Below are positions 10,671 to 19,856 of a stretch of 55,367 nucleotides of DNA, in pieces. The notes under the pieces were generated by a model. That model made no database searches, was not told the origin of the DNA, and saw only the letters and a program-made list of their open reading frames with translations. The DNA comes from Candidatus Limnocylindria bacterium. GTDB taxonomy: Bacteria; Chloroflexota; Limnocylindria; QHBO01. The translations under genes and the position numbers were made by a program. Positions within the stretch are counted from its first letter, which is position 1, and the number at the start of each line of letters is the position of its first letter. The stretch spans positions 1 to 55,367 of the forward strand of contig JBBSLF010000003.1 in NCBI GenBank assembly GCA_038255505.1, written 5' to 3'.

Positions 10671-10736
10671 GTCCTCTCACCACCCCGGACCTTTCATTCA
10701 TGGCCCGATGGTCCCGCGCGTGGTCTTCTCCGTGCA

Positions 10737-12710
10737 ATGGCCACACAGATCCGCACGCGCGGGCACCTTCCACCACCCGATTCAGCCGCACGCCTGCTGC
10801 TCATCCGCACGGTTGCGATCGCGGCGCTCGCCATCACGGCCGGCTATCTCGGTTGGCGCGCTCTTGCAAGCCTCAACCTGGCCGCCTGGTACCTGGCCAT
10901 CCCGCTTCTCGTATTCGAGATCCATGCGGCTATCGGCCTCGGACTGTTCACATTCAGCCTCTGGGACGTTGACCGGCGGCCATCTCGTCGGGCCATCGGT
11001 CGAGTGCCAACCATCGCGGTCGCGATCCCGACCTTTAACGAGGGACCCGAGATCCTGGTGCCGACCATCGCCGCGGCCGTTGCCCTCGAGCCGGCCCATG
11101 AGACCTGGGTACTCGACGACGGCGACCGGCCGGACATCGCCGAGCTCGCCGCCGAGCTGGGTGCGCGCTATCTCGCAAGGCCGACCCACGAGCATGCCAA
11201 GGCCGGGAACCTCAATCACGCCCTCACCATCATCGACGCCGAGATTCTCGCCGTCCTCGACGCCGATCATGTAGCCGCACCCGAATTCCTTCGCGCGACG
11301 CTCGGATACTTTGCTGATCCTAAGGTCGCCGTCGTCCAGACCCCGCAGGACTTCTATAACGTCACCAGCTTCGAGCATGGATCCGGCATCTCCTACGGCG
11401 AGCCCTTTCACGAGCAGACGCTGTTCTACCGACTACTCCAGCCCGGCAAAAACCGATGGAACGCCGCCTTCTGGTGCGGCACCAACGCCCTCGTTCGGAC
11501 GGCCGCCCTACGCGAGGTGGGAGGCGCGGCCACCGAGACGATCACCGAGGACATCCACACCACCATCCGACTGCATCGACGGGGCTGGAAGACCGTCTAT
11601 CACAACGAGGTCCTGGCCCGAGGCCTGGCCGCCGACGATGCCGCCCAGTACCAGCTCCAGCGCAATCGGTGGGGGACCGGTGCGATGCAGGTACTGCGGG
11701 TCGAGAATCCGCTGTGGGTGCCGGGCCTGAGCCTGGGTCAGCGGCTTGGCTATGCCTCGACGCTCGTCGGCTGGTTCGACTCCTGGCGCACGCTCGGATT
11801 CCTGCTTCTGCCGCCCGCCGTGCTGCTCAGTGGCCAGATTCCGATCATCGCCGATGGCGGGACGTTCGCGCTCCTGTTCGGGTTGACCTATGTGTCGCAG
11901 CAGGCGGCCCTCGTGCTGCTGGGGCGGGGCGCGTATCGGCCCGTGCTGTCAGTCATCTTCGACCTCGTGCGCATGGCACCCAACTTCACGGCAACCCTCA
12001 CGCTGTTCGGCCGGCGCTCACCGCGCTTCCGAGTGACCCCGAAGGGCCGCATGGCAGCCGATCGAGGGCGCGTCGACGCACCCTTGATGCTCCGCCTGTC
12101 GCTCGCGATATCGGTGCTGGCGGCCATTGTCTATACCTTCCACCTCGTCGGCCTGGTTGATCGCGGGTACGCCTCCGAGTGGGCTGCCGTGGGTGCGTTC
12201 GCCTGGTTGATCGTCAATGCCGGGCTCGTCTGGATCGCCATTCGACGTATCCGTTCGCTTCGCTTCGCCGCCGAACGCCGAAGTGCCGTCCGATTCGCGG
12301 TCGACGCCACCGGCTCGGTCGACGGTCGACCCGCGTCGGTGCAGGACGTCTCCGTCGGCGGAGCGTTGCTCGCGACCGACCTCCCGCTTGATGAACGTGA
12401 CGGCTACCTGGTCGCCATCGACCTGGCCGGAGCCACTACGTCGCTACGTGCGCAGGTGCGATCATCGCGCCAGGCCGAGAGCGGTGAGCATCATTACGCC
12501 TTCGAGTTCGATCCCGGGCAGCACCGGGAGCGCGGCATCCTGGCCAACGCGGTATTCGGCGGGCGCTATCCGGTCACCGGCACCGAGCGCCGCGCATGGG
12601 CCGACCTGTTGCGCCGCGAGATCGGCGGGCTGTCGCGCCGGTTCCGGCGCGGGGTCCGGGCTTCGCCAACTCCAACCTCAGGCGTCGCCCTGCCTTCCAC
12701 GGCACCCTGA
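10737..12710 (+). CDS. bcsA: Cellulose synthase catalytic subunit-like GT2 with C-terminal PilZ domain
   Basis: DDG, HAKAGNLN, DADH, QTPQ, FWCG, TED, QRNRW and FRVTPK motifs; PilZ motifs RRSAVR and DVSVGG. Confidence 0.85.
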   Translation: MATQIRTRGHLPPPDSAARLLLIRTVAIAALAITAGYLGWRALASLNLAAWYLAIPLLVFEIHAAIGLGLFTFSLWDVDRRPSRRAIGRVPTIAVAIPTFNEGPEILVPTIAAAVALEPAHETWVLDDGDRPDIAELAAELGARYLARPTHEHAKAGNLNHALTIIDAEILAVLDADHVAAPEFLRATLGYFADPKVAVVQTPQDFYNVTSFEHGSGISYGEPFHEQTLFYRLLQPGKNRWNAAFWCGTNALVRTAALREVGGAATETITEDIHTTIRLHRRGWKTVYHNEVLARGLAADDAAQYQLQRNRWGTGAMQVLRVENPLWVPGLSLGQRLGYASTLVGWFDSWRTLGFLLLPPAVLLSGQIPIIADGGTFALLFGLTYVSQQAALVLLGRGAYRPVLSVIFDLVRMAPNFTATLTLFGRRSPRFRVTPKGRMAADRGRVDAPLMLRLSLAISVLAAIVYTFHLVGLVDRGYASEWAAVGAFAWLIVNAGLVWIAIRRIRSLRFAAERRSAVRFAVDATGSVDGRPASVQDVSVGGALLATDLPLDERDGYLVAIDLAGATTSLRAQVRSSRQAESGEHHYAFEFDPGQHRERGILANAVFGGRYPVTGTERRAWADLLRREIGGLSRRFRRGVRASPTPTSGVALPSTAP

Positions 12711-12718
12711 GCGTCGAT

Positions 12719-13915
12719 TCAGCTGCGGGCGCGATCGACAGGTTTCGCGATGGGGGACAGGTGGATCTCGACGTGCACCAGGCCCTCGGCCAGCGGTAGG
12801 TCCGTGATGGCCCGCCAGGCGGCATGCGACAGGTTCGCGACGCGCTGGTCGGCCGTGCCGACGTAGCACGGACACGAGTCAACGACCGGCATGATCACGC
12901 ACCGATCGGCACAGATGAGCACGTGTCTCGGTTCGCCCGTCGGAGACTCTCCGCCGATGTCGAGCGGGAGTGCCACGGTGATCTCTCCCTCCCAGCCGAT
13001 GCTCTCACCGTAGCTCGAGGCCTTGCCGGTCACCAGCCCATCGACCGCGATCACCCCGATCTCCGCGGTCGCGAGCGCTGGGGCGGTCCCCAGGCTGGCG
13101 GTGGGGTTGCCGGCGAAGGCGTACCAGTAGTCGACTTTGCCATCGAAGTAGGATGACCGATGGAGCCAGGTCTCGGCACCGTCGACGTCGGGGTGGACCT
13201 GCGTCGTCAGGCCATCAGCGCTGAAGCGTGGCTCGGATGCGAACACCTCGCCGTAGGGCAGCGTGGGCTGATCGAGCAGCGTTCCCACCAGATGCGCGGC
13301 GCCCTCGTAGAAGTCCGTGGCGAAGTAGGCTGAGGCGCCAAGCTCGGCTAGCGGCGCACGGCTGTATGCGCCCACCCGGCCGGCAGCGACCTCCTCCGAG
13401 GCCGGCTCGTCAAAGCCTTCTGACGCGCCCGGCGCGTAGCAGGCGTTGGAGTAGATCATGACCCAGCCCGGTGCCGGCCTGGCATGTGCCGCGATCCACG
13501 ACTCGCCGTGGTAGGCCAGCGTGCCATCGCGCGACGAGTCGGCATGCGTCCCGACCGCATTCGGCCCGTTCAGGCCCCATCCGTTGGTGGTGGCCGGGTT
13601 CGCGTCAGGCGAGTACGGGTTGGGCGTGCCGACGCCGTGACCGAGGTAGACCACGATGTTGGCGTCCTCGACAGCGGCGACCACGTTTTCCGCGCTGGCA
13701 TCCGGCGAGTAGGCACGCGTCACGGTCGCGCCGCGCGTCTCGGCGGCCGTGGCGGCTGCCTCCGCCAGGCCGATGTAGACCGGAGTCAGCTCTTCGCCCA
13801 CGGGACCCACGATGATCGCCACGCGGACAGCGGTCGAGGCAGCGGCGGGCGCGGCGAAACCCAGGCTGCCAAGGACGACCGCCAGGACGCTGGCGATAAT
13901 GACACCGATCCGCAC
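12719..13915 (-). CDS. Secreted protein: caspase/gingipain-like N-terminal domain plus C-terminal DPBB (RlpA/expansin-like) domain
   Basis: Signal peptide ending AAA; VVYLGHG and IYSNAC motifs; C-terminal GKASSYG..VAL..VVDSCPC..VANLSHAAW..GLVHV; GGGGAG SD before the GTG. Confidence 0.65.
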   Translation of the reverse strand: MRIGVIIASVLAVVLGSLGFAAPAAASTAVRVAIIVGPVGEELTPVYIGLAEAAATAAETRGATVTRAYSPDASAENVVAAVEDANIVVYLGHGVGTPNPYSPDANPATTNGWGLNGPNAVGTHADSSRDGTLAYHGESWIAAHARPAPGWVMIYSNACYAPGASEGFDEPASEEVAAGRVGAYSRAPLAELGASAYFATDFYEGAAHLVGTLLDQPTLPYGEVFASEPRFSADGLTTQVHPDVDGAETWLHRSSYFDGKVDYWYAFAGNPTASLGTAPALATAEIGVIAVDGLVTGKASSYGESIGWEGEITVALPLDIGGESPTGEPRHVLICADRCVIMPVVDSCPCYVGTADQRVANLSHAAWRAITDLPLAEGLVHVEIHLSPIAKPVDRARS

Positions 13916-14049
13916 GCGACTCCCCCAGAGGGCACAAGGGCGAGCATCTGCTCAGAATCGGTAGAATGGCACCTCAAGCCCCTGTTCCGCAAGGGAATGG
14001 TGCGGGTTGGCACCACCGAGTGCTTGACGACGCTCCCACAATCGCATCC

Positions 14050-14955
14050 GTGCCCATTGCGCCACTCGTCATCGTCAATCCGTCGGCCGGAGGAGGTCGC
14101 GCCGCCCAATCAGTTGGCTGGATCCGTGACCAGTTGGCCGCTCGGCCCGACACACGCCTGGAGATCACGAACCTCCCGGGGGACGCCGAGCGCCTGTCGT
14201 CGGACGCCGGACGCGAAGGACACGACCGCGTCATCGCGGTCGGTGGCGACGGAACGATTGCCGAGGTCGTCAACGGTCTGATGGCGGGTAGTGCCGAGGT
14301 CGAGCTCGGGATCGTGCCGGCAGGAAGCGGGAACGACCTTGCGCGGAGCCTTGGGCTTCCGCACAACCGGGCATCGTGCTGGATGATCGGGATGGGACGT
14401 CACGCGCGTCCCATTGACCTCGCGCGCGTCACCAATGGCGGTGGCGCGTCACGTTGGTTGGTGTCGGCCGGTGGCATTGGATTTGACGCGCAGGTTGCCG
14501 CGGCGATGGCGGATCGGGCCGGATGGCAACGAGGAAGAGCCGGGTACCTGCTCACCACGCTGAGCGAGTTGCGCCGATTCACGAATCGCTCGATCGAGAT
14601 CACGGTCGACGGGGGCGCTCGAATGGCCCGCCAGGTCCTCTTCGTCGCCATCGCCAACGGTGCCAACTACGGCGGTGGCATGCGAATCGCGCCCGACGCT
14701 CAGCTGGACGACGGGTGGCTCGACCTGTGCATCGTGGGCAACATCTCGCGGCTCGGCGCGCTGCGCCAGATGCCGAACCTGTATCGCGGCTCGCACACCG
14801 CTCATCCCGCGGTGGAGCTGATGTGCGCGCGGACGGTTCATATCGATGGCGACGTCACTACGCGAATTCACCTCGATGGCGAGCCATTCGGCGAGTTGCC
14901 GCTCTCCATCGAGCTCGTCCCTTCCCGGCTGCGCGTGGCGACTCCGCTGCGCTAG
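14050..14955 (+). CDS. Diacylglycerol/lipid kinase family protein (YegS/BmrU-like)
   Basis: IVNPSAG, GGDGT, PAGSGND, GIGFDA, NGANYGGG, DGE; start GTG 14050 chosen from CACAAT 7 nt upstream. Confidence 0.9.
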   Translation: MPIAPLVIVNPSAGGGRAAQSVGWIRDQLAARPDTRLEITNLPGDAERLSSDAGREGHDRVIAVGGDGTIAEVVNGLMAGSAEVELGIVPAGSGNDLARSLGLPHNRASCWMIGMGRHARPIDLARVTNGGGASRWLVSAGGIGFDAQVAAAMADRAGWQRGRAGYLLTTLSELRRFTNRSIEITVDGGARMARQVLFVAIANGANYGGGMRIAPDAQLDDGWLDLCIVGNISRLGALRQMPNLYRGSHTAHPAVELMCARTVHIDGDVTTRIHLDGEPFGELPLSIELVPSRLRVATPLR

Positions 14956-14964
14956 GCTGCCAAC

Positions 14965-15216
14965 ATGACGGGTGATGAGCCGAACGCGACACTCGTGGGC
15001 AGTGTCCTGCGGGGGTCGAACGGGAAGCGCATCGGCACCGTGGACGCAATCTTCGCCGACTATCTCCTGGTGCGGACCGCCGGGCTCCTGCCCGTCGACC
15101 TGTACGTGCCGCGAGCCGAAATAAAGGTCGATGCCGGTGTCATTCGGACTGATTGCGACCGGGACGAAGCCTACGCGCGCTGGCATCGGCCTCTCAAGCG
15201 TGCTCCGCATGACTGA
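14965..15216 (+). CDS. Small PRC-barrel/DUF2171-like protein
   Basis: VGSVLRGSNGKRIGTVD..YLLV..DLYVP; TAGGCT 6 nt upstream. Confidence 0.7.
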   Translation: MTGDEPNATLVGSVLRGSNGKRIGTVDAIFADYLLVRTAGLLPVDLYVPRAEIKVDAGVIRTDCDRDEAYARWHRPLKRAPHD

Positions 15217-15243
15217 TCGGTCTTGCAGTACCCTTGAATTGTC

Positions 15244-16200
15244 ATGAATGATGCCGATACGATTCAACCGCTGAATGCTCGACCGCCGTATGCGCCGGGC
15301 GACGCTGAGGCCTTCTACGCCCACGTCGGCTCCCGTGGCAAGGTCGAGGCCGATGACTGGATGCCTGACGACTACCGGGCCGCCGTGCTCAAGTTCGTCG
15401 AGATGCACGCGAACTCGGAGCTCATGGGCGTCCTGCCCGAGCGCGACTGGATCATGCGCGCCCCGACGTTGCGCCGAAAGCTTGCCCTGACGAGCAAGAT
15501 CCAGGACGAGGTCGGCCACGCGCAGCTCCTCTATCGCGTCGCCGAAGATCTCGGCAAGCCCCGCGCGCAGATGCTGCAGGACCTCCTCGATGGCAAGACG
15601 AAGTTCCACAACGTCTTCCACTACCCGACACGCTCGTGGGCCGATGTGGGGATCATCGCCTGGCTGGTCGACGCCGCCGCGATCGTGTCGCAGCAGGCCC
15701 TGCGGGACTCCTCCTACGCGCCCTACGCCCGCACCATGAAGAAGATCTGCTGGGAGGAGTCGGTCCACATCATGCACGGGCGCGATGTCGTGCTGACCCT
15801 GATGAACGGCACAGAGAATCAGCGGGCCATGGTGCAGGAGGCGCTGGACCGATGGTGGGGTCCGCTGATGCAGATGCACGGACCGCCGACGGATCCGGCC
15901 AGGGACAAGGATCTCCACTGGGGCATCAAGGCCAAGAATAACGAGCAGCTGCGCCAGGAGTTCCTGTCGATCTACGTGCCCCGCCTCCTGGAGCTCGGTT
16001 TGGTGATCCCGGACCCCACGTTGCGCTACGACGAGTCCATCGGCCGCTGGGAGTACACCGAGCCCGACTGGGCCGAACTGAAGTCCGTGGTCACCGGGCA
16101 CGGCCCCGCTTCGCAGTCGCGCCTCGAGTTCCGTCGCGTGAACTTCGCTGATACCCAGTGGGTCCGCGATGCGCTGCTGGGGAACGCGGCGGCAGCCTGA
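15244..16200 (+). CDS. paaA: Phenylacetyl-CoA 1,2-epoxidase subunit A
   Basis: HANSELMG, RAPTLRRK, QDEVGH, EESVH diiron motifs, DRWWGP. Confidence 0.96.
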   Translation: MNDADTIQPLNARPPYAPGDAEAFYAHVGSRGKVEADDWMPDDYRAAVLKFVEMHANSELMGVLPERDWIMRAPTLRRKLALTSKIQDEVGHAQLLYRVAEDLGKPRAQMLQDLLDGKTKFHNVFHYPTRSWADVGIIAWLVDAAAIVSQQALRDSSYAPYARTMKKICWEESVHIMHGRDVVLTLMNGTENQRAMVQEALDRWWGPLMQMHGPPTDPARDKDLHWGIKAKNNEQLRQEFLSIYVPRLLELGLVIPDPTLRYDESIGRWEYTEPDWAELKSVVTGHGPASQSRLEFRRVNFADTQWVRDALLGNAAAA

Positions 16201-16503
16201 GTGGACGGCGAACGCATCTGGGAGGTCTTCCGCCAGGAGGACGAGGGCGACCCGATGATGCACTCGGGAAACGTGAATGCCCCCGATGAGGAGCTGGCGA
16301 TGCACTATGCGCGCGAGATGTACGGGCGTCGCGGCGAGTCACATCGGCTGTGGATCGTGGCGCGCGAGGCGATCACGGAGCTCGATGATCCCGACCTCCT
16401 GAAGCCACCGTTCGACCGATCGCACAAGAAGCCCGGCGGCTACGTCATCAAGCACAAGCTGCAGGCGGCGAAGGAGCGCGCCGCGTCGGAGGCGAGCGAA
16501 TGA
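16201..16503 (+). CDS. paaB: Phenylacetyl-CoA epoxidase subunit B
   Basis: WEVF..HSGNVNAPDEELAMHYAREMYGRRGE..LWIV; directly abuts paaA. Confidence 0.88.
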   Translation: MDGERIWEVFRQEDEGDPMMHSGNVNAPDEELAMHYAREMYGRRGESHRLWIVAREAITELDDPDLLKPPFDRSHKKPGGYVIKHKLQAAKERAASEASE

Positions 16504-16511
16504 TGGTCAAC

Positions 16512-16629
16512 TGCCTCGTGACTCCGCCAGATACCCGCCCGGAGGGTAGCTTTCCGGCTCAACGGGCACGACCTTGCCAAAGGTGCCCCGTTCTACCCTC
16601 CCAGGGAGTATCTGGCCGGCTCACAGGCA
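16512..16629. repeat. Long imperfect inverted repeat (118-nt rod) between paaB and paaC
   Basis: TGCCT/AGGCA, GTGA/TCAC, GCCAGATAC (16526-34)/GTATCTGGC (16608-16), GGAGGGTAG (16541-49)/CTACCCTCC (16593-601), AACGGGCAC/GTGCCCCGTT and an apical CCTT-GCCA-AAGG. Confidence 0.85.
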
Positions 16630-16661
16630 TACGGCGAGACATGTACCCGGGAGCGGGATAA

Positions 16662-17435
16662 ATGGCAGAGTCGCCGCCGCTTGACGCAACGTCTCGCGAA
16701 GCGCTCGCCGAGCTGCTCCTGAGCGTTGCCGACGACGAGTTCGTCATCGGCTTCTGGGACTCCGAGTGGACCGGTATTGCGCCGATGCTCGAGGAGGACG
16801 TGGCGACCAGCTCGATCGCGCAGGACGAGATCGGCCATGCGAAGGTGCTGTACGAGCTCCTGGCCGAGCTGACCGATGATGATGCTGACCGGATCGCCTT
16901 CGGGCGTGCGTCGGACGCATTCCGGCATGCGTCGCTCATGAACCACGCGCGCGGGGACTGGGCCTTCAGCGTCGCACGCCGATACCTGTACGAGACGGCC
17001 GACCAGGTCCGGCTTGCCGCGCTCGCCGGATCGACGTACGAACCGCTGGCCCTGCTGGCCGGGAAGATGCGCCGCGAGGAGACGTACCACCTGATGCATG
17101 CCGATACCTGGCTGCGGCGGCTCGCCGATGGCGGTAGCGTCGGGCGCGGCAGGCTGTCGAGCTCGCTCGAGTGCCTGTGGGCGGATGCGCAGGAGATCTT
17201 CGCGCCACTGATCGGCGAGGAGACGCTCGTGCACGAGGGCATCCTTCCAGAGCCGATGCGGGCCATGAGCATGACCTGGCAGGCTCGGGTTCGCCCGACG
17301 CTCGAGCCGATTTGCGGTGCTCTCCCAGCGGCCACGCCATCGCTCGACGGACGGACGCGCCGGACCAGCGATTTCGCCTGGTTGCACGGCGAGTTCACGA
17401 GCGTGGCGCGATCGGAGGAGGCGGCGACATGGTGA
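16662..17435 (+). CDS. paaC: Phenylacetyl-CoA epoxidase subunit C
   Basis: ADDEFVIG..SEWTGIAPMLEEDVA, QDEIGHA, REETYH. Confidence 0.93.
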   Translation: MAESPPLDATSREALAELLLSVADDEFVIGFWDSEWTGIAPMLEEDVATSSIAQDEIGHAKVLYELLAELTDDDADRIAFGRASDAFRHASLMNHARGDWAFSVARRYLYETADQVRLAALAGSTYEPLALLAGKMRREETYHLMHADTWLRRLADGGSVGRGRLSSSLECLWADAQEIFAPLIGEETLVHEGILPEPMRAMSMTWQARVRPTLEPICGALPAATPSLDGRTRRTSDFAWLHGEFTSVARSEEAATW

Positions 17436-17947
17436 CCCGCGCAGCCATCGGCTCCGACGAAGAGCGCGTCTGGGCCGAGCTGTCGCGGATTCCTGACCCG
17501 GAGATCCCGGCCATCAATGTCGTCGATCTGGGCGTGATCGGCTCGGTGAACGTGAGCGACGAGCGCGTGAGCGTCGAGCTGCTGCCAACGTTCGTCGGCT
17601 GCCCGGCCATCGGCGTGATGCAGGAGCAGATCACCGCGCGGCTGCGGGCGCTCAACGTTGCCGATGACGTCGAAGTCAAGGTCAGCTTCAATCCACCCTG
17701 GACGAGTGACCGGATTTCGGTCGCCGGCCGCGAGCGGCTTCGCCTGGCCGGGTTCGCCCCACCGCAGGCAGCCGAGACACCGGGCCTCATCGGACTGGAA
17801 GAGCTGGCCGTCATGCCCATCGCGGAATGTCCGTTCTGCGGGTCGCGCGACACGACGCTCGAGAATCCGTTCGGGCCAACGTTGTGCCGAGCCATCTACC
17901 ACTGCAGCGCGTGCCGGCAGCCCTTCGAGCAGTTCAAGCAAGTCTAG
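17429..17947 (+). CDS. paaD: Phenylacetyl-CoA epoxidase subunit D
   Basis: IPDPEIP, PTFVGCPA, PPWTSD, CPFCGS..FGPTLCRAIYHCSACRQPFEQFK; overlaps the paaC stop, GGAGG SD. Confidence 0.94.
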   Translation: MVTRAAIGSDEERVWAELSRIPDPEIPAINVVDLGVIGSVNVSDERVSVELLPTFVGCPAIGVMQEQITARLRALNVADDVEVKVSFNPPWTSDRISVAGRERLRLAGFAPPQAAETPGLIGLEELAVMPIAECPFCGSRDTTLENPFGPTLCRAIYHCSACRQPFEQFKQV

Positions 17948-17998
17948 CCGGTCTGGCGACGGGCCCGCGCGCTTACCTCATGCGGTACCCTTCGGCGC

Positions 17999-19807
17999 AT
18001 GACGATCGACGCTGACGAGATCGCCCAGGACGCCGGCAAAGCTCTTGCGTCGGGCAGCGAGAACCACCTGGCCGCCATGCGTCACAGCGCGGCGCACATG
18101 ATGGCCGCAGCCGTGCTGGAGCTCTTCCCCGGTGCGAAGCTCGGCATCGGGCCTGCGATCAAGGACGGCTTCTATTACGACTTCGACCTACCTCGCCCGC
18201 TCACGCCCGCCGATCTCGAGCAGATCGATGCCAAGATGCGCGAGCAGCAGGCTGCCGGTCTGGCGTTCGAGCACTCCCAGGATCTTGCGCGCGCCGATGC
18301 CGTGACGCTGATGGAGCAGCGCGGGCAGCCCTTCAAGGTCGAGATCGTCAATGATCTGCCCGCATCGGAGGGAGAGACGGTCTCCTTCTACCGGCACGGT
18401 GACTTCGAGGATCTCTGCCGCGGCGGACACGTCGGTTCAACGAGCGAACTCGGCGCGTTCAAGCTGCTGAACAGCGCCGGGGCGTACTGGCGCGGCGACG
18501 AAAAGCGGCCGATGCTCCAGCGCATCTACGGCACCGCGTGGGAGAGCGCCAAGGATCTCGATCAGCATCTCTGGCGACTCTACGAAGCGAAGAAGCGCGA
18601 TCATCGAAAGCTCGGCCGGGAGCTCGATCTGTTCACCTTCCATCCGGAGTCGCCTGCGGCGCCATTCCTTCATCCACGCGGCATGGCGTTATGGCGCTCG
18701 CTCGAGGACTGGTCGCGCCAGGTGCGACGCGAAGCGGGCTTCGACGAAGTCCGGACCCCGAGCCTCGTTCGGAAGGAGCTGTGGGAGACCAGCGGGCACT
18801 GGGCGAACTACCAGGACAACATGTTCGTCCTCGATGACCACGATCATGTGTCGGGCCTGAAGCCGATGAACTGTCCCGAGGAGATCCTCATCTACAAGAC
18901 GCGGTCGCACTCGTACCGCGAGCTGCCGATGCGGTTCGCCGACTACTCGGTCCTGTTTCGAAAGGAGCGCACGGGGGTGCTCGCGGGCATGTTCCGTGTT
19001 CGCCAGCTGACCCAGGACGACAGCCACGTATTCTGTCGCGACGACCAGGTCGACGACGAGCTGCGCCTCGCTCTCTCGCTGGTGCGAAAGCAGTACGCGC
19101 CATTCGGCTTCGAGCCGCGCGCGAAGCTGGCAACCCGCCCAGAGAAGCGCCTCGGGTCCGACGAGTTCTGGGAGCGCGCCGAGAACCGCCTGCGCGAGCG
19201 CCTCGACGAGGACGGCATGTCGTACACGCTCGATGAGGGTGGGGGCGCGTTCTACGCACCCAAGATTGACATCTTCATCGAGGATGCGCTCGGGCGCGAG
19301 TGGCAGATGGCCACCATCCAGGCCGACTACCAGTTGCCGCAGCGCTTCGACCTCGAGTATCGATCGGCCGACGGCGGCTTCGAGCGTCCCGTCGTCATCC
19401 ACTACGCCATCTATGGGTCGTTCGAGCGCTTCATCGGCATCATCACCGAGCACTACACCGGCGCGTTCCCGCTGTGGTTGGCCCCGGTGCAGGTGATGAT
19501 CGTTCCCATCGCCGACCGCCACCTCGACTACGCTGAATCGGTTCGCACCGCGCTGGTCGGAGCCGGTCTTCGTGCAGCCGTCGACGATCGCTCCGAGCGC
19601 ATGCAGCTCAAGCTGCGCGATGCTCAGGAGCAGCGAATCCCGCTGATGGTCGTGGTGGGGGATCGCGACGCCGAGGCGGGCGCAGTCTCACCGCGCCTGC
19701 GCGGGCGGTCGAAGGGCGAGGAATCCGTGCCGCTCGATGAGTTTGTCGCCGATCTCGCCACGCGCGCAGCCTCCCGCGATCTCTGGCCCGTTTCTGAAGG
19801 CGAATGA
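17999..19807 (+). CDS. thrS: Threonine--tRNA ligase (lacks the N-terminal TGS domain)
   Basis: HSAAH, DLCRGGH, GAYWRG, RDHRKLG, KPMNCP, GAFYAPKID, GSFERF. Confidence 0.97.
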   Translation: MTIDADEIAQDAGKALASGSENHLAAMRHSAAHMMAAAVLELFPGAKLGIGPAIKDGFYYDFDLPRPLTPADLEQIDAKMREQQAAGLAFEHSQDLARADAVTLMEQRGQPFKVEIVNDLPASEGETVSFYRHGDFEDLCRGGHVGSTSELGAFKLLNSAGAYWRGDEKRPMLQRIYGTAWESAKDLDQHLWRLYEAKKRDHRKLGRELDLFTFHPESPAAPFLHPRGMALWRSLEDWSRQVRREAGFDEVRTPSLVRKELWETSGHWANYQDNMFVLDDHDHVSGLKPMNCPEEILIYKTRSHSYRELPMRFADYSVLFRKERTGVLAGMFRVRQLTQDDSHVFCRDDQVDDELRLALSLVRKQYAPFGFEPRAKLATRPEKRLGSDEFWERAENRLRERLDEDGMSYTLDEGGGAFYAPKIDIFIEDALGREWQMATIQADYQLPQRFDLEYRSADGGFERPVVIHYAIYGSFERFIGIITEHYTGAFPLWLAPVQVMIVPIADRHLDYAESVRTALVGAGLRAAVDDRSERMQLKLRDAQEQRIPLMVVVGDRDAEAGAVSPRLRGRSKGEESVPLDEFVADLATRAASRDLWPVSEGE

Positions 19808-19856
19808 GCGCGTTTCCCTCGAAGCAGCGACACGCGTGGCCCGACTGGTGAGAAAG

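Noticed and set aside
13916-14049. Known riboswitch (TPP, purine, c-di-GMP, c-di-AMP)
   Set aside because: Only fragmentary motif matches (CTGAG, TTCTACC); the core consensus elements are absent.
14449-16305. 618-aa minus-strand ORF
   Set aside because: Antisense shadow of the lipid kinase and paaA genes; no motifs; typical high-GC artefact.
16504-16661. 6S RNA, SRP RNA or SECIS interpretation of the rod
   Set aside because: No large central bubble, no SRP helix-8 consensus, and another in-frame TGA follows five codons after the paaB stop.
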